This document shows positions 29,804 to 39,932 of a DNA stretch of 64,000 bases, piece by piece; the first letter of the stretch is position 1; every line of letters begins with the position of its first letter. Source of the stretch: an uncultured delta proteobacterium (GTDB taxonomy: Bacteria; Myxococcota_A; Polyangia; Haliangiales; Haliangiaceae). The stretch covers positions 608,001-672,000 of the forward strand of contig CAVUQH010000003.1 of the NCBI GenBank assembly GCA_963743525.1. Reading direction: 5' to 3'. The translations under genes and the position numbers were made by a program. The notes beneath the pieces are model-generated. The model had not been told where the DNA came from. It searched no databases and saw nothing but the letters and a program-made list of their open reading frames with translations.

Positions 29804-30448
29804 CTAGTACGGGCGGCCGCCGGTGTTGCCGCCGGGCGAGTAGTCGCAGACGATGGTGCTGCCGTAGGTCAGCCCGGGGCAGTTCGACAGCCCACAGCCG
29901 AGTCGCTCCGTCGCGGCCCACACCAGCTGGGTGTAGTGGCCGCACACCTTGCCCGTGGCGCAGGTGTTGCTGGCGTAGTCGTAGTTGGCTTGTTCGGACG
30001 CCCACAGCGACACCGCGCCCTGCGGGGTGGCCGAACCGCCGGAGCCGTAGATGTTCTCGCCGACGTAGCCGGGGTAGGTGTCGCTGCGGCCGGCGTTGTG
30101 ATCGACCAGGCCGATCGGCGCCTGGACATCGACGCACTGATCGGCCCACCCTTGCGCGACCGCCGCCAGGTCCGGATCCCAGGTCAGCGGCGCGACGCCG
30201 ACCATCGCCCGCACCTGGTTGTGCAGCGCGGTGATTCCGCTCAGCCCCGCCGGCTCGTCGTTGCGCGCGTCGATCAGCGCCACCGGCGCGTCGGCGCCCC
30301 CACCGATCGGCGCGTCGGCGCCGGGCGCGGCCGCGTCGCCGTTGCCGCCGCTCCCGCCGTCGGTGCCCGGCACGTTGCTGGGGCCGACGTCGCAGGCCGG
30401 CGCGACGAGCAGCAGGACGATCGGCAGGATGCGCACGAGCAAAATCAT
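29804..30448 (-). CDS. CAP/SCP (PR-1-like) domain lipoprotein
   Basis: HNQVRA, LTWD, GENI, CGHYTQLVW, LGCG, CDYSPGGN. Confidence 0.9.
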   Translation of the reverse strand: MILLVRILPIVLLLVAPACDVGPSNVPGTDGGSGGNGDAAAPGADAPIGGGADAPVALIDARNDEPAGLSGITALHNQVRAMVGVAPLTWDPDLAAVAQGWADQCVDVQAPIGLVDHNAGRSDTYPGYVGENIYGSGGSATPQGAVSLWASEQANYDYASNTCATGKVCGHYTQLVWAATERLGCGLSNCPGLTYGSTIVCDYSPGGNTGGRPY

Positions 30449-30517
30449 CTCTCAGCCCCGGCTGCGCTTCAATCCGGTGGGTGTTCGACCTACTCGCACC
30501 GACGCTATACTCGGCCG

Positions 30518-31267
30518 ATGTTCCACCGGCTGCTCGCGGGAATCGCCGGCCTCACCGCCCTCGCGGTTGCGGCGTGGGGCGTCGTGTCGAGCATGTCCGG
30601 TCTGCCGCGCTTCTCGCCGCGCAGCGGCTTCATCTCCGAGCTGGCGGTGCCGTGGAACCCACACGCCGGGCGGCTCAACGAGAGCTTCGTCGCCGGCGGC
30701 GTGCTCATCGTCCTGTTCGCCGCTGCGTCAACCACACGCGCCCGCTCGCGGCGCGGTCGGTTGGCCGGTCTGCTCACCGCCGCCGCCGGCATGGGCGTCT
30801 TGTTCGTCGGTGTCTTTCCCCTGACGTCGCCGTGGCTGCATCTCATCGGCGCGCTGGCAGCGGGCCTGTGCGCGCTGGTCGCCGGCGTCGTCGGTGCGTC
30901 GGCGGCCCGTCGCGCCGCGCGCGCAACTCGCGACAACCCGCTGCTCGGCATCGGTTCCGCGCTGGCGCTGGCGCTGGGGTTGCTCGCGGTCGCCTCCGCG
31001 CTCGGCGCCGTCGGCTACACCGCGTGGGTCGGCGCCGGCGTCGGCGCTCATTCACTGGATGCGCTGTTCCGCGCCCTGCCGCGCGCGCTGCGCGTCGACT
31101 GGCACGGCCACGTCTACAATCCGGTGGCGGTGCTCGAGTGGATCTTCTTCGCCGTGCTCGGTCTCGAGCTCGGCGGCTTTGCCGTGGCCGAGCTGTCCGG
31201 CCTCGCCGATCGCGCGCGCGGCGAGCGTCCGCCCGCCGCCACCGACGCGGTCAGCGAACCGGCCTAG
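30518..31267 (+). CDS. DUF998-like membrane protein
   Basis: ISELA, GVFP...LH, multiple TM helices, LEW near C-terminus. Confidence 0.6.
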   Translation: MFHRLLAGIAGLTALAVAAWGVVSSMSGLPRFSPRSGFISELAVPWNPHAGRLNESFVAGGVLIVLFAAASTTRARSRRGRLAGLLTAAAGMGVLFVGVFPLTSPWLHLIGALAAGLCALVAGVVGASAARRAARATRDNPLLGIGSALALALGLLAVASALGAVGYTAWVGAGVGAHSLDALFRALPRALRVDWHGHVYNPVAVLEWIFFAVLGLELGGFAVAELSGLADRARGERPPAATDAVSEPA

Positions 31268-31764
31268 CGACCGCGCAGGCGCTGCCAGAACGACCGCTTC
31301 GCGGCCGGCTCGGTCGGGACTTCGACCGCTTGCTCGGCGATCGGCGGCGGCGTGCTGCCCAGCCGCCGGCGACGCGGCAGCGGACTGATGTGACAGACGG
31401 CGCCGAACCGGTGCAGCGATGCCAGCACCACGTGCGAGCCGGCCGGGGTGGGCAGGCGCCGGCCGTGGGCGCTGGCGGGAAGCGGGGTGGGGGCCGCGGT
31501 CACTGCCAGCTTGCGCATGATCGTCGCCGCCTGCCGGGCGGCCTGCGATCCGGGTTGCGAGCGCTTGAGCGTCCGCGCCGCCAGGACGACTCGCGGGTTG
31601 GGCTCGGGCGGCAGGCCCGGCAGCGGGCGCTTGCCCTCCGAGCGGCCGGCCTCGGCGTGGATCGCGGCCGTCGCCGCCACCATGGTCAGCCGCGGTTCGC
31701 CCGCGGGTGACGTGGTCGCGGGTTCGAGCTCCCATCCGGCGTCGAGATCGAGCAAGGCGGACAT
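31264..31764 (-). CDS. Hypothetical Pro/Arg/Ala-rich protein
   Basis: Fills the gap and ends KRSFWQRLRGR; no family recognised; start uncertain. Confidence 0.4.
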   Translation of the reverse strand: MSALLDLDAGWELEPATTSPAGEPRLTMVAATAAIHAEAGRSEGKRPLPGLPPEPNPRVVLAARTLKRSQPGSQAARQAATIMRKLAVTAAPTPLPASAHGRRLPTPAGSHVVLASLHRFGAVCHISPLPRRRRLGSTPPPIAEQAVEVPTEPAAKRSFWQRLRGR

Positions 31765-31949
31765 GTCGGGGTTGGATTGCAAGCGGCGTTCCCATACCCA
31801 GGGGCCCACAACTGCGGTTCCAACGGGCGGGATCTCGGCGCGTTGCGCAGAGCAGCCTGTGTAAAACACGCACAAGCCCCTGATCCGCCTGCGGAGGGGC
31901 CAACCCGCGCCCTGGGGGGAGGGCCTCCCACCCTCGCGAAGGCCGGGAG

Positions 31950-33104
31950 TTACTTGCGGGAGGGCAATATGTTCATCAGCTTGCAGATGATACCGAGCAT
32001 GATCTCGTCAGCACCGCCGCCGATGGAAAGCAGCCGCCCATCTCGGTACAGCTGTGACGCCGCGTTGTCCCACATGAAGCCCATGCCGCCCCAGTACTGC
32101 AGGCAGGTGTCGGCCACCTCGCGGGTCAGTCGCCCGGCCTTGAGCTTGGCCATCGACGCCAGCAGGGTGACGTTGGCGCCGCCGATGTACTCCTCGCAGG
32201 CGCGATAGACCATCGACCGCAGCGCCTCGACCTCGGTCAACAGCTCGGCCATGCGGAAGTGGATCACCTGGTTGTCGATCAGCGGCTGGCCGAACGTCTT
32301 GCGCTCGCGGCAGTAGTCGATGGTCGCGGCGATCACGTTTTCCATGCCGCGCAGGCTGTTGCTGGCGGCGAACATGCGCTCTTCCTGGAACTGCATCATC
32401 TGCAGCATGAAGCCCATGCCCTCTTGACCGATGCGGTTGCGCTGCGGCACGCGCACGTCTTCGAAGAAGACCTGCGCGGTATCCGACGAGCGCATGCCCA
32501 GCTTGTCGAGCTTGTCGCTGACCGTGATCCCTTTGCTGTTCATCGGCACGATGATCAGCGACTTGTTCTTGTGGACCGAGCCCTCCGACGTGTTGGCCAG
32601 CAGGCAGATGAAGTCGGCCTGGGTCGCGTTGGTGATCCACATCTTGCTGCCGTTGATGATGTAGTCGTCGCCGTCCTTGCGCGCGCTGGTCTTGAGCGCG
32701 GCAACGTCGGAGCCGCCGCCGACCTCGGACACGCCGATGCAGCCGATCATCTCGCCGGCGATCGCCGGACGCAGGAACTCGTCGCGCAGCTCGTCGGAGC
32801 CGAACCGCGCCAGCGCCGGCGTGCACATGTCCGTCTGCACCCCGATCGCCATCGGCACGCCGCCGCAGTGGATGGCTCCCAGCTCCTCGTTCACGACCAT
32901 GCCGTAGCTGTAGTCCAGGCCCATCCCGCCGTAGGCCTCGGGCTTGGTCACGCCCAGGAGGCCCAGCTTGCCCATCTTGGGAAACAGCTCCCTGGCGGGA
33001 AAGGGCGGGTTCCGCTCCCATTCCTCGACGTAAGGGTTAATCTCCTTGTCGATGAACTCACGGACGGTCTTGCGCAGCTGTTTGTGTTCTTCGGTGAATT
33101 CCAC
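31950..33104 (-). CDS. atuD: Acyl-CoA dehydrogenase, citronellyl-CoA dehydrogenase-like
   Basis: GGVPMAIGVQTDMCTPALARFGSDELRDEFLRPAIAG, MMQFQEER, CLQYWGGMGFMWDN, SIGGGADEIML; from memory very close to Pseudomonas AtuD. Confidence 0.75.
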   Translation of the reverse strand: MEFTEEHKQLRKTVREFIDKEINPYVEEWERNPPFPARELFPKMGKLGLLGVTKPEAYGGMGLDYSYGMVVNEELGAIHCGGVPMAIGVQTDMCTPALARFGSDELRDEFLRPAIAGEMIGCIGVSEVGGGSDVAALKTSARKDGDDYIINGSKMWITNATQADFICLLANTSEGSVHKNKSLIIVPMNSKGITVSDKLDKLGMRSSDTAQVFFEDVRVPQRNRIGQEGMGFMLQMMQFQEERMFAASNSLRGMENVIAATIDYCRERKTFGQPLIDNQVIHFRMAELLTEVEALRSMVYRACEEYIGGANVTLLASMAKLKAGRLTREVADTCLQYWGGMGFMWDNAASQLYRDGRLLSIGGGADEIMLGIICKLMNILPSRK

Positions 33105-33117
33105 GTCGCTTCTCCCT

Positions 33118-34287
33118 GTGCGGACGGTAGCAGAGCTCGCGCTGGTCGTGCTGCTGTTCGGCGCCGCCGCCTGCGGCAAGAGCGACGAGTCTACCGAGCC
33201 GTCGGCTGGCGCTTCGGGGTCGGACGAGTCGGCCGGAGTGCCCGAATCCGCCGGAGGGTCCCCCGAGATCGACCTGGCCAAGCCCGACGACACCGCCGGC
33301 GGCGAGGTCGGGTTGAAGCTGCCTCAAAAGGCCGTCGAAACTCCAGCCGAGAAGACCCTGGGCGAGCGCTGCGCGCTCGACGTGCCGCTGCCGGCAGGCA
33401 AGTGCATCGACCTGACGCTGGGCGACATCGCCGCCGGCTCCGACGGCGCGATCTATCTGATGGAGCACGAAGCCGGTGTGCGCCGGCTGGTGGTGCAGGC
33501 GGGGGACGGCTGCACCCTGGCCGCCGACGACAGCTTCGGCGAAGGCGGTCAGCTGCCGCTGCCCAAGCCGCCGCCGGTGGGGCAGAAGCTCGACGGCAAG
33601 ATCTACATGCGCTCGGGCGGCGCCAAGTTCGCGTTCGCCGCCGGACCCGGCGGCTCGGTCTACATCTACGACTACCTCGACGGCTTGCACCGCATCGCCG
33701 GCAAGGCCGGCCCGGCCAGCTGCATCGGCGTCCCCGGCCTCAGCGCGGTCGCCTTCTCCAACGGCAAGCCACTGGCCGCGCGCGGCGGCGACCTGGTGCC
33801 GCTGGCCGCCAGGGGCAAGAGCTGCACCGCCGGCAAGCCGCAGGCGTCGCCCCTCAACATGATCACCGCGCTGTGGGGTGATGGGCGCTCGCTGTACGTC
33901 GGCGGGACCGCCAGGGACGGCAAGAAGCGCCTGGTCCGCGTCAACGGCAAGAAGTCGACCTGGACCGCGGGCGCCGATGACGCCTTCGCCGAAGGCGGCC
34001 TGTGCTGGGTCAACCAGATCACCGGCTGCGGCGACGATTTGTGCGTGGTCGACGGCAACTGCAACAAGGTCAGCCGTTTCGCCAGGAAGGACGGTGCGTT
34101 CGCCGGCGAGTGGAAGAACGACGCGCTGTTCGGCATGAACGTCAACAAGGTGCAGGGGCTGGCAGCGGGGCCTGGCGGCGTGTTGTGGGCGTCGGTGTCG
34201 ATGCGGCGCAAGGACGGCAGCTGCGAGGGCGCCATCTACCGGATCGCGTCGCCCGGGAAGGCCCCGGCGGCCGGGGACGTAAAATAA
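33118..34287 (+). CDS. Lipoprotein with probable beta-propeller (NHL-like) domain
   Basis: AAAC lipobox; repeated DIAAGSDGAIYL / AAGPGGSVYIYD / LAAGPGGVLW blades. Confidence 0.65.
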   Translation: MRTVAELALVVLLFGAAACGKSDESTEPSAGASGSDESAGVPESAGGSPEIDLAKPDDTAGGEVGLKLPQKAVETPAEKTLGERCALDVPLPAGKCIDLTLGDIAAGSDGAIYLMEHEAGVRRLVVQAGDGCTLAADDSFGEGGQLPLPKPPPVGQKLDGKIYMRSGGAKFAFAAGPGGSVYIYDYLDGLHRIAGKAGPASCIGVPGLSAVAFSNGKPLAARGGDLVPLAARGKSCTAGKPQASPLNMITALWGDGRSLYVGGTARDGKKRLVRVNGKKSTWTAGADDAFAEGGLCWVNQITGCGDDLCVVDGNCNKVSRFARKDGAFAGEWKNDALFGMNVNKVQGLAAGPGGVLWASVSMRRKDGSCEGAIYRIASPGKAPAAGDVK

Positions 34288-34292
34288 CTGCC

Positions 34293-35621
34293 GTGCGGAT
34301 CCTGTTCCTCGAGGTCGACACCGAGCGCTCGTGGGCCGTTGCGTCCATCGGGCCCGGCTTCATCGGCGCCTACCTGCGCTCGCATGGTCACGAGGTGCGC
34401 TTCCATCGCGCCGGCCTGGACGATTCCGACGACGCCGTGGTGCAGGCGGTGGTCGACGCCGCCCCCGAGCTGATCGGCGTGTCGCTGACCACGCGCCAGT
34501 GGCTGCGCGGTCGCCACCTGATCGGCGCCATCCGCGCGCGCCACGACGTGCCGGTCGTCGCCGGCGGTCTGCACCCGACCTTCTCGCCCGAGGAAGTCCT
34601 CGCTTCCCCCGGCTTCGACTACGTCTGCCTGGGCGAGGGCGAGCGCGCGACCCTGGCCCTGGTCCGCGCGCTCGAGCGCGGCGCTCCGGCCGACGGCATC
34701 GACAACCTGTGGAGCCGCGGCGGCCCGCGGCCGCGCCTGGGCGAGCCGTTCGCACCACTCGACGAGCTGCCGTTCCTCGCCCGCGATCTCCTGAACGAGC
34801 CAACCGGCGTCGTGCACATGGCCACCCAGCGAGGTTGCCCGTTCCCGTGCACCTACTGCGCCGCGCGCATGTACAACCAGCTGTACGAGGGAACCGGCGA
34901 CTACGGCCGGCGGCGCTCGCACGAAAACGTGATGGCCGAGCTGCGCCAGCTGCGCGACGACGGCAGGCTGTCGTACATCATCTTTCTCGACGACACCTTC
35001 ACCATCCACCACCCATGGGTGCGCGAGTTCTGCCGCATCTACGGCCACGAGATCGGCGCGCCGTTCTCGCTGCACGCGCGGGTCGAGACGGTCAACGAGA
35101 AGCTCTTGCACACCCTGGCCGCCGCCGGCTGCACCCAGATCACCTACGGCGTCGAGTCGGGCAGCGAGCGCGTGCGCCGCGAGATCATGCGCCGCCCGGT
35201 GACCAACCAGCGCTTCCGCGACGTCTTCCGCTGGACGCGCGAGGCCGGCATCGCCGTCACCGCCAACTACATGCTGGGCATTCCCGGCGAGACCCCGGGC
35301 GACCTCGACCAGACCATGGCGCTGGCCGAGGAGCTCGAGGTGCTCGACTTCGGCTACTTCGTCTTCTACCCCTACCCGGGCACGCAGCTGTTCCAGCTCT
35401 GTCGCGACCGCGGCTACCTGCCCGACGATTACCTCGAGCGACCGGCCAACCACCGCGAGACCATCCTCGATCTGCCGGGCCTGACCGGCGGCGATATCAG
35501 CCACTACTACGACCGCTTCACCGCCCTGCGCAAGCGCCTGTACGGCGAGCGCGCGGCCACGCACGGTGTCGATCCGGTCGGCGCTACCGATCATGTCGAT
35601 CTCCTCGCTACCAGCGGTTGA
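34293..35621 (+). CDS. Cobalamin-binding radical SAM protein
   Basis: GGLHPT, GEGE B12 domain; RGCPFPCTYC; DDTFT, GVESGS, GIPGET, PYPGT. Confidence 0.92.
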   Translation: MRILFLEVDTERSWAVASIGPGFIGAYLRSHGHEVRFHRAGLDDSDDAVVQAVVDAAPELIGVSLTTRQWLRGRHLIGAIRARHDVPVVAGGLHPTFSPEEVLASPGFDYVCLGEGERATLALVRALERGAPADGIDNLWSRGGPRPRLGEPFAPLDELPFLARDLLNEPTGVVHMATQRGCPFPCTYCAARMYNQLYEGTGDYGRRRSHENVMAELRQLRDDGRLSYIIFLDDTFTIHHPWVREFCRIYGHEIGAPFSLHARVETVNEKLLHTLAAAGCTQITYGVESGSERVRREIMRRPVTNQRFRDVFRWTREAGIAVTANYMLGIPGETPGDLDQTMALAEELEVLDFGYFVFYPYPGTQLFQLCRDRGYLPDDYLERPANHRETILDLPGLTGGDISHYYDRFTALRKRLYGERAATHGVDPVGATDHVDLLATSG

Positions 35622-36360
35622 GCTCGGTTGTCGCGCGCTGGCCGAGCGCGGCTTCGCCCACATACCCGGCGCGCTGACGCCCGATCAGGTCGCCGCCGTG
35701 CGCGCCGACCTCGACAGCATCGCCGCCGGCGCGCCGCCCGGGCCGTACGGCTCGATCGTCCACGACGTCTGGTCGCGAGCGCCGGTCTGTCGCGCCGTGA
35801 TCCAGGAGGGGCTGCCGGCCCGCGTGGCGCTCGCGCTCACCTGCGAGCCGTCGCTGCTGTTGTTCCAGGATCTGCTCATCGACAAGCCACCGGGCGCGTC
35901 GACCACGCTTCACTGGCACCAGGACTACGCCTACTGGCCGCTCGACTGTTCGCGCGGAGTGACCCTGTGGTTCGCTCTCGACGACGCCGACGAGGACAAC
36001 GGCTGCCTGCGCTACGTCCCCGGATCGCATCACCTGGGCGAGCGCCGCGCCACCGACTTTTCCGGCGGCGCGATGTCGATCGACGACGCGCTGCCGGCGA
36101 TCGACGAGGCGCGCTGTGCGCGCGACGGCGTGTCGATGCCGGTCCGCGCCGGCGACGCCCTCGCTCACGATCCCCTGGTCTGGCACATGTCGCCGGCGAA
36201 TCGATCGAATCGTCCGCGCCGCGCCTGGTCGCTGACCTTCATCGTGCCGGCCGCGCGATGGGCTCCCGACCACGCGACCCATCCGTTCCTGCACATCCTG
36301 CAGCCGACCGCCGGCGCCCCGCCGCGCGGCGAACGGTTTCCCCGCTTCGACGCCGAGTGA
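35593..36360 (+). CDS. Phytanoyl-CoA dioxygenase (PhyH) family Fe/2OG enzyme
   Basis: KPPG...WHQD, W.ALDD...NGCL.YVPGSH, H...WHMS.AN.S.RPRR; overlaps the rSAM stop. Confidence 0.88.
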   Translation: MSISSLPAVELGCRALAERGFAHIPGALTPDQVAAVRADLDSIAAGAPPGPYGSIVHDVWSRAPVCRAVIQEGLPARVALALTCEPSLLLFQDLLIDKPPGASTTLHWHQDYAYWPLDCSRGVTLWFALDDADEDNGCLRYVPGSHHLGERRATDFSGGAMSIDDALPAIDEARCARDGVSMPVRAGDALAHDPLVWHMSPANRSNRPRRAWSLTFIVPAARWAPDHATHPFLHILQPTAGAPPRGERFPRFDAE

Positions 36361-36361
36361 G

Positions 36362-36742
36362 CTACGGCGCGCCGTCGATCGACGCCGGCGGTTCGCGCAG
36401 CGAATGCGGGGGCGCGCCGTCGCCGGTCGACACCGCGTGCAGGACCATCAGCGCGACCAGTACCGTCGCGCCGGCGAGGAGCAGCGCGGCCGGCCGCTCC
36501 CACCACGACCAGGCGCGAGGCGGCGGCGCCAGCTCGGAGGCCACCGCGCGCCGCAATGCCAGGCGCAGGTCATCGGACGGACAGTCGCCGTCGTCGGCCT
36601 CGATCGCACGCTTCAGATCGATGAAGTCGGCCAGGCAGCGGTGGCAGGCCAGCAGATGTTCTTCGACGTCCGACCGCGTCTCGGGCGACAGCTCGGCAAA
36701 GTGGTACGCGACCAGCTCGGGTTGAATGGTGGTGCAGCTCAT
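36362..36742 (-). CDS. Zinc-finger (zf-HC2) anti-sigma factor
   Basis: VEEHLLACHRC HxxxCxxC motif; single TM; coupled to the ECF sigma gene. Confidence 0.85.
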   Translation of the reverse strand: MSCTTIQPELVAYHFAELSPETRSDVEEHLLACHRCLADFIDLKRAIEADDGDCPSDDLRLALRRAVASELAPPPRAWSWWERPAALLLAGATVLVALMVLHAVSTGDGAPPHSLREPPASIDGAP

Positions 36743-37269
36743 CAGCTCATCTCCTCACGCAGGCTGCGGAGCATGGCGTTCATCCGCGACTTGACCGTTC
36801 CGATGGGAATGCCCAGAGCCTCGGACACGCCTTCGTACGACATGCCGCTGGCGCGCAGCGAGTAGACCTCGGCCAGGTGGGCGGGCAGGCGCGCGACCGC
36901 GCGGCGGACTGCCTGGGCGGTGTCGGCGCGGATCAGCTCCGACTCCGGCCCGTGGCCGTCGGGCGGCGGCGCGCCGGCGACCGCTTCGAATGCCCGCGCT
37001 TCGCGGTCGCGGCTGCGCAGGCGGTTGAGGCACAGGTTGCGCGCCACGCGGTACAGCCACGCCTTGAAGCTGAGCTTGGTCTCGGGCTTGTGGCGCTCGT
37101 GCAGCACGGCGAGGAACGCCTCCTGGAACACCTCCTCGGCCTGGGCGAGGTCGGCCAGGTTGCGGCGGATGAAGCCGAACAGCGGCCGCTCGTAGCGCCG
37201 GTACAGCTCGTCGAAGGCGGCCATGTCGCCGCCGGCGAGCTGCTCGTAGAGCGATTCGTCCGAGCGCAT
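36742..37269 (-). CDS. ECF RNA polymerase sigma factor
   Basis: AFDELYRRY, AEEVFQEAFL, FKAWLYRVARN, GMSYE...GTVKSRM. Confidence 0.92.
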   Translation of the reverse strand: MRSDESLYEQLAGGDMAAFDELYRRYERPLFGFIRRNLADLAQAEEVFQEAFLAVLHERHKPETKLSFKAWLYRVARNLCLNRLRSRDREARAFEAVAGAPPPDGHGPESELIRADTAQAVRRAVARLPAHLAEVYSLRASGMSYEGVSEALGIPIGTVKSRMNAMLRSLREEMS

Positions 37270-37271
37270 GG

Positions 37272-37634
37272 CTATCCCGCGGCGCGCGGCTTGCGGGCGA
37301 CGCGGATCGCGCTGGCGGTCAACAGCAGGCCGGCAACCAGCACGAACATGAACGCCAGCACGAGGTTGTTGAGCGACTCGGCACAGCCCTCCGCCGCGAT
37401 CGCCACCTGCTGCTCGGGCGGGACCTTCCAGATGTAGTGGAAGGTCTTGATCAGGCCGGTGGCCAGGCCCAATGCGCCGGCGGTCACGGTGAGCAGGCCG
37501 AAGCCGCGCGCCACGGCGCGATAGCGCTGCTCGGGCCGGATCAGCGCGACCACGGCCGAGGCGACCAGGAAGAAGCCAAAGAATGCGGTGGGGAACATGC
37601 CCCAGCCGCCGTTCCTGAAGAAGTTGGACAGCAT
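37272..37634 (-). CDS. Small 3-TM membrane protein (MotA/TolQ/ExbB-like start motif)
   Basis: FFRNGGWGMFP N-terminus; three hydrophobic segments; RBS-like GGGAG upstream. Confidence 0.6.
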   Translation of the reverse strand: MLSNFFRNGGWGMFPTAFFGFFLVASAVVALIRPEQRYRAVARGFGLLTVTAGALGLATGLIKTFHYIWKVPPEQQVAIAAEGCAESLNNLVLAFMFVLVAGLLLTASAIRVARKPRAAG

Positions 37635-37766
37635 TCCGTTCGCTCCCTTCATCGAGTAAGGAACCGCAGGCGGGTTTTTGTTCGCGCGTTCCCCGGATTG
37701 GAGCCGTAACCCTCGGGAAACTGAGGTGGGGACCGGGCAAGCACCCGGAGTGACAGACACCGCGAC

Positions 37767-37782
37767 TGGCATGGGCGTTGCT
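37767..37782 (+). promoter_or_regulatory. Sigma54 (-24/-12) promoter of the TonB-dependent receptor
   Basis: TGGCATGGGCGTTGCT, close to the TGGCAC-N5-TTGC consensus. Confidence 0.7.
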
Positions 37783-37813
37783 TCGAAGCAGGTGGATGCG
37801 CGGTGCGAGGTGG

Positions 37814-39911
37814 ATGGGGCCGGCGGCGGTCGGGCTGCTGCTGGCGGTCCGGGCGGCCCCGGCGGTGGCCGAGCCGGACGCCGTGGACCCCACCGACGCC
37901 GCCCGCCACCGCCACCGACGCCGACGCCGCCACCGCCACCGACGCCGCCACCGCCACCGACGCCGACGCCGCCGCGCCGGTCGCTGACAGCTCGGGCGAG
38001 GTGATCGTCGTGACCGGCAAGGCGCCCGACACCACCGAGCCGGTGACCTACGAGCTGACTCCCGACGTCATTCGCCGCGTGCCCGGCTCCGGCAACGACG
38101 CGCTCAAGTCGCTGCAGACCATGCCCGGCGTCGGCCGTGTGCCCTACGGCATGGGCGGCCTGATCCTCCGCGGCACCTCGCCGCGCGACAGCAACGTCTA
38201 CCTCGACGGCATCGAGGTGCCGCTGCTCTACCACTTCGGCGGGCTGGCGTCGTTCTATCCGTCGGCGCTGCTGTCGTCGCTCGAGCTCACGCCGGGCGGC
38301 TACTCGGTGGAGTACGGTCGCGGCCAGGGCGGGCTGGCCAACCTCACCTCGCGGGCCGGGCGACGCGATCACTGGCGGGTCGCCTCCGAGGTCAGCATGA
38401 TCGACGCGTCGCTGCGCGCCGACGGGCCGGCGGGTGCGCGCAGCAGCTGGTCGATGGCGCTGCGCCGCTCGTACGTCGACGCGGTGCTGCCGCTGGTCGG
38501 CGGCGATCAGGAGATGACCAACGCCCCTCGCTACTGGGACGGCCAGCTGCGCTACGACGTCAACCTGTGGCCGGGCGGGCGCATCACCGCGCTGCTGTTC
38601 GGGTCCGACGACCAGATCGGGCTCCGCTACGGCGTCGACCAGGACAAGCTGTTTCGCTTCCGCACCCGCTTTGCCCGCCTGGGCGTGCGCTTTCGCCAGC
38701 GCAGCCGCGACACCACCGTCGAGCTGCTGCCGTGGATCGGCACCGAGCGCTACAATCTGGTGTCGACCTTTCAGTCGATGACCAGCAGCAACACGCCGGT
38801 CGGCGCCCGCGGCCGGATCACCCACCGGCTGGGCGGCGGACAGGTCAGCGCCGGCGTCGACCTGTCCGGTGGAGAGTTCTCGGTTGCTTCGCTGACCGTC
38901 TCCGACGACACCACGACCGAGATCGAGCGCGCCGGTCGCTTCGCCGACGGTGCGCTGTGGAGCGAAGGCCTGTGGCGCGTAGCCGGCGGGCGCGTGAGCA
39001 TCGAGCCAGGCCTGCGGGCCGAACACTATGGCCTGGCCGACGCGTGGGTGTTCGATCCGCGGCTGGTGGTGAACGAGCAGGTCGCGCCGCGCGTGGGCCT
39101 GCGGCAGGCGGTGGGCGTCTTCCACCAGGGCCCCGGAGTCGCCGACTCGCTGTGGGGCAACGACGAGCTGGGACCATCCTACAGCGTGCAGTCGTCGGCC
39201 GGCATCACGGTCAACGTCGGCGGTGGCGCCTCGCTGGACGCCGCCGGCTTCTACTCGTGGTTGCGCGATCTCGCCGTCGACGATCCCAACGCCGACGACT
39301 CCATGTTCGACAACTTCGACACCTACAAGATCGGCGCCATCGCCTCGAGTCGCGAGTTCATCGCCGAGCAGTTCGGCACGTTCAGCAAGCTGGCCAACAT
39401 CGGCCGGGGCCGCAGCTACGGCGCCGAGCTCCTGGCCCGCTACGTCGGCGCCCGCGGCTTCGCCTGGGTGGCGTATACCTACTCGCGCAGCCGCCGCCGC
39501 ATCGGCGACCTGCCGTGGGAGCGCTGGGTGCTCGACCAACCCCACCTGCTGACCGCCCTCGGCTCGGTGGTCGTCGGCGGGCGGTGGCATCTCGGCGCGC
39601 GGTTTCGCTACGCCTCGGGCAACCCGATCACGCCGCTGGTCGGCCGCACCCTGGACGGCAACGACGAGTGGCAGCCGATCTTCGGCGCACCGTTCTCCGA
39701 TCGCTTGCCCGCCTTCGTCCAGCTCGACCTGCGAGTCAACCGCGACTGGATCCGCAGCTGGGGAACGATCTCGATCTTCCTCGACGTGCAGAACGTGACC
39801 CGCCGGGGCAACGTCGAAGGTCGCGTCTACGAGGACGACTACAGCGGCTTCGAGTCGACCAAGGGACTGCCGCTGTTGCCCTCGTTCGGCCTGTCGTACA
39901 CGCCCAACTAG
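37814..39911 (+). pseudogene. TonB-dependent receptor with +1 frameshift near 37904 between signal peptide and body (probable sequence error)
   Basis: Signal MGPAAVGLLLAVRAAPAVA in one frame; EVIVVTG, PGVG...LILRG, YLDGIEVPLLYHFGG, RLPAFVQLDLRV in the next; extra C in gcc-c-gcc. Confidence 0.85.
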
Positions 39912-39932
39912 CCGTCGTGCTAGCGTCTACGG

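Noticed and set aside
31778..31793. Sigma54-like box GGAACGCCGCTTGCA (minus strand) before the 31764 ORF
   Set aside because: Spacing fits, but the -24 element deviates and the downstream ORF and its start are weakly supported
34293..36360. RiPP cluster around the radical SAM gene
   Set aside because: No short precursor ORF, RRE/SPASM domain, peptidase or exporter adjacent
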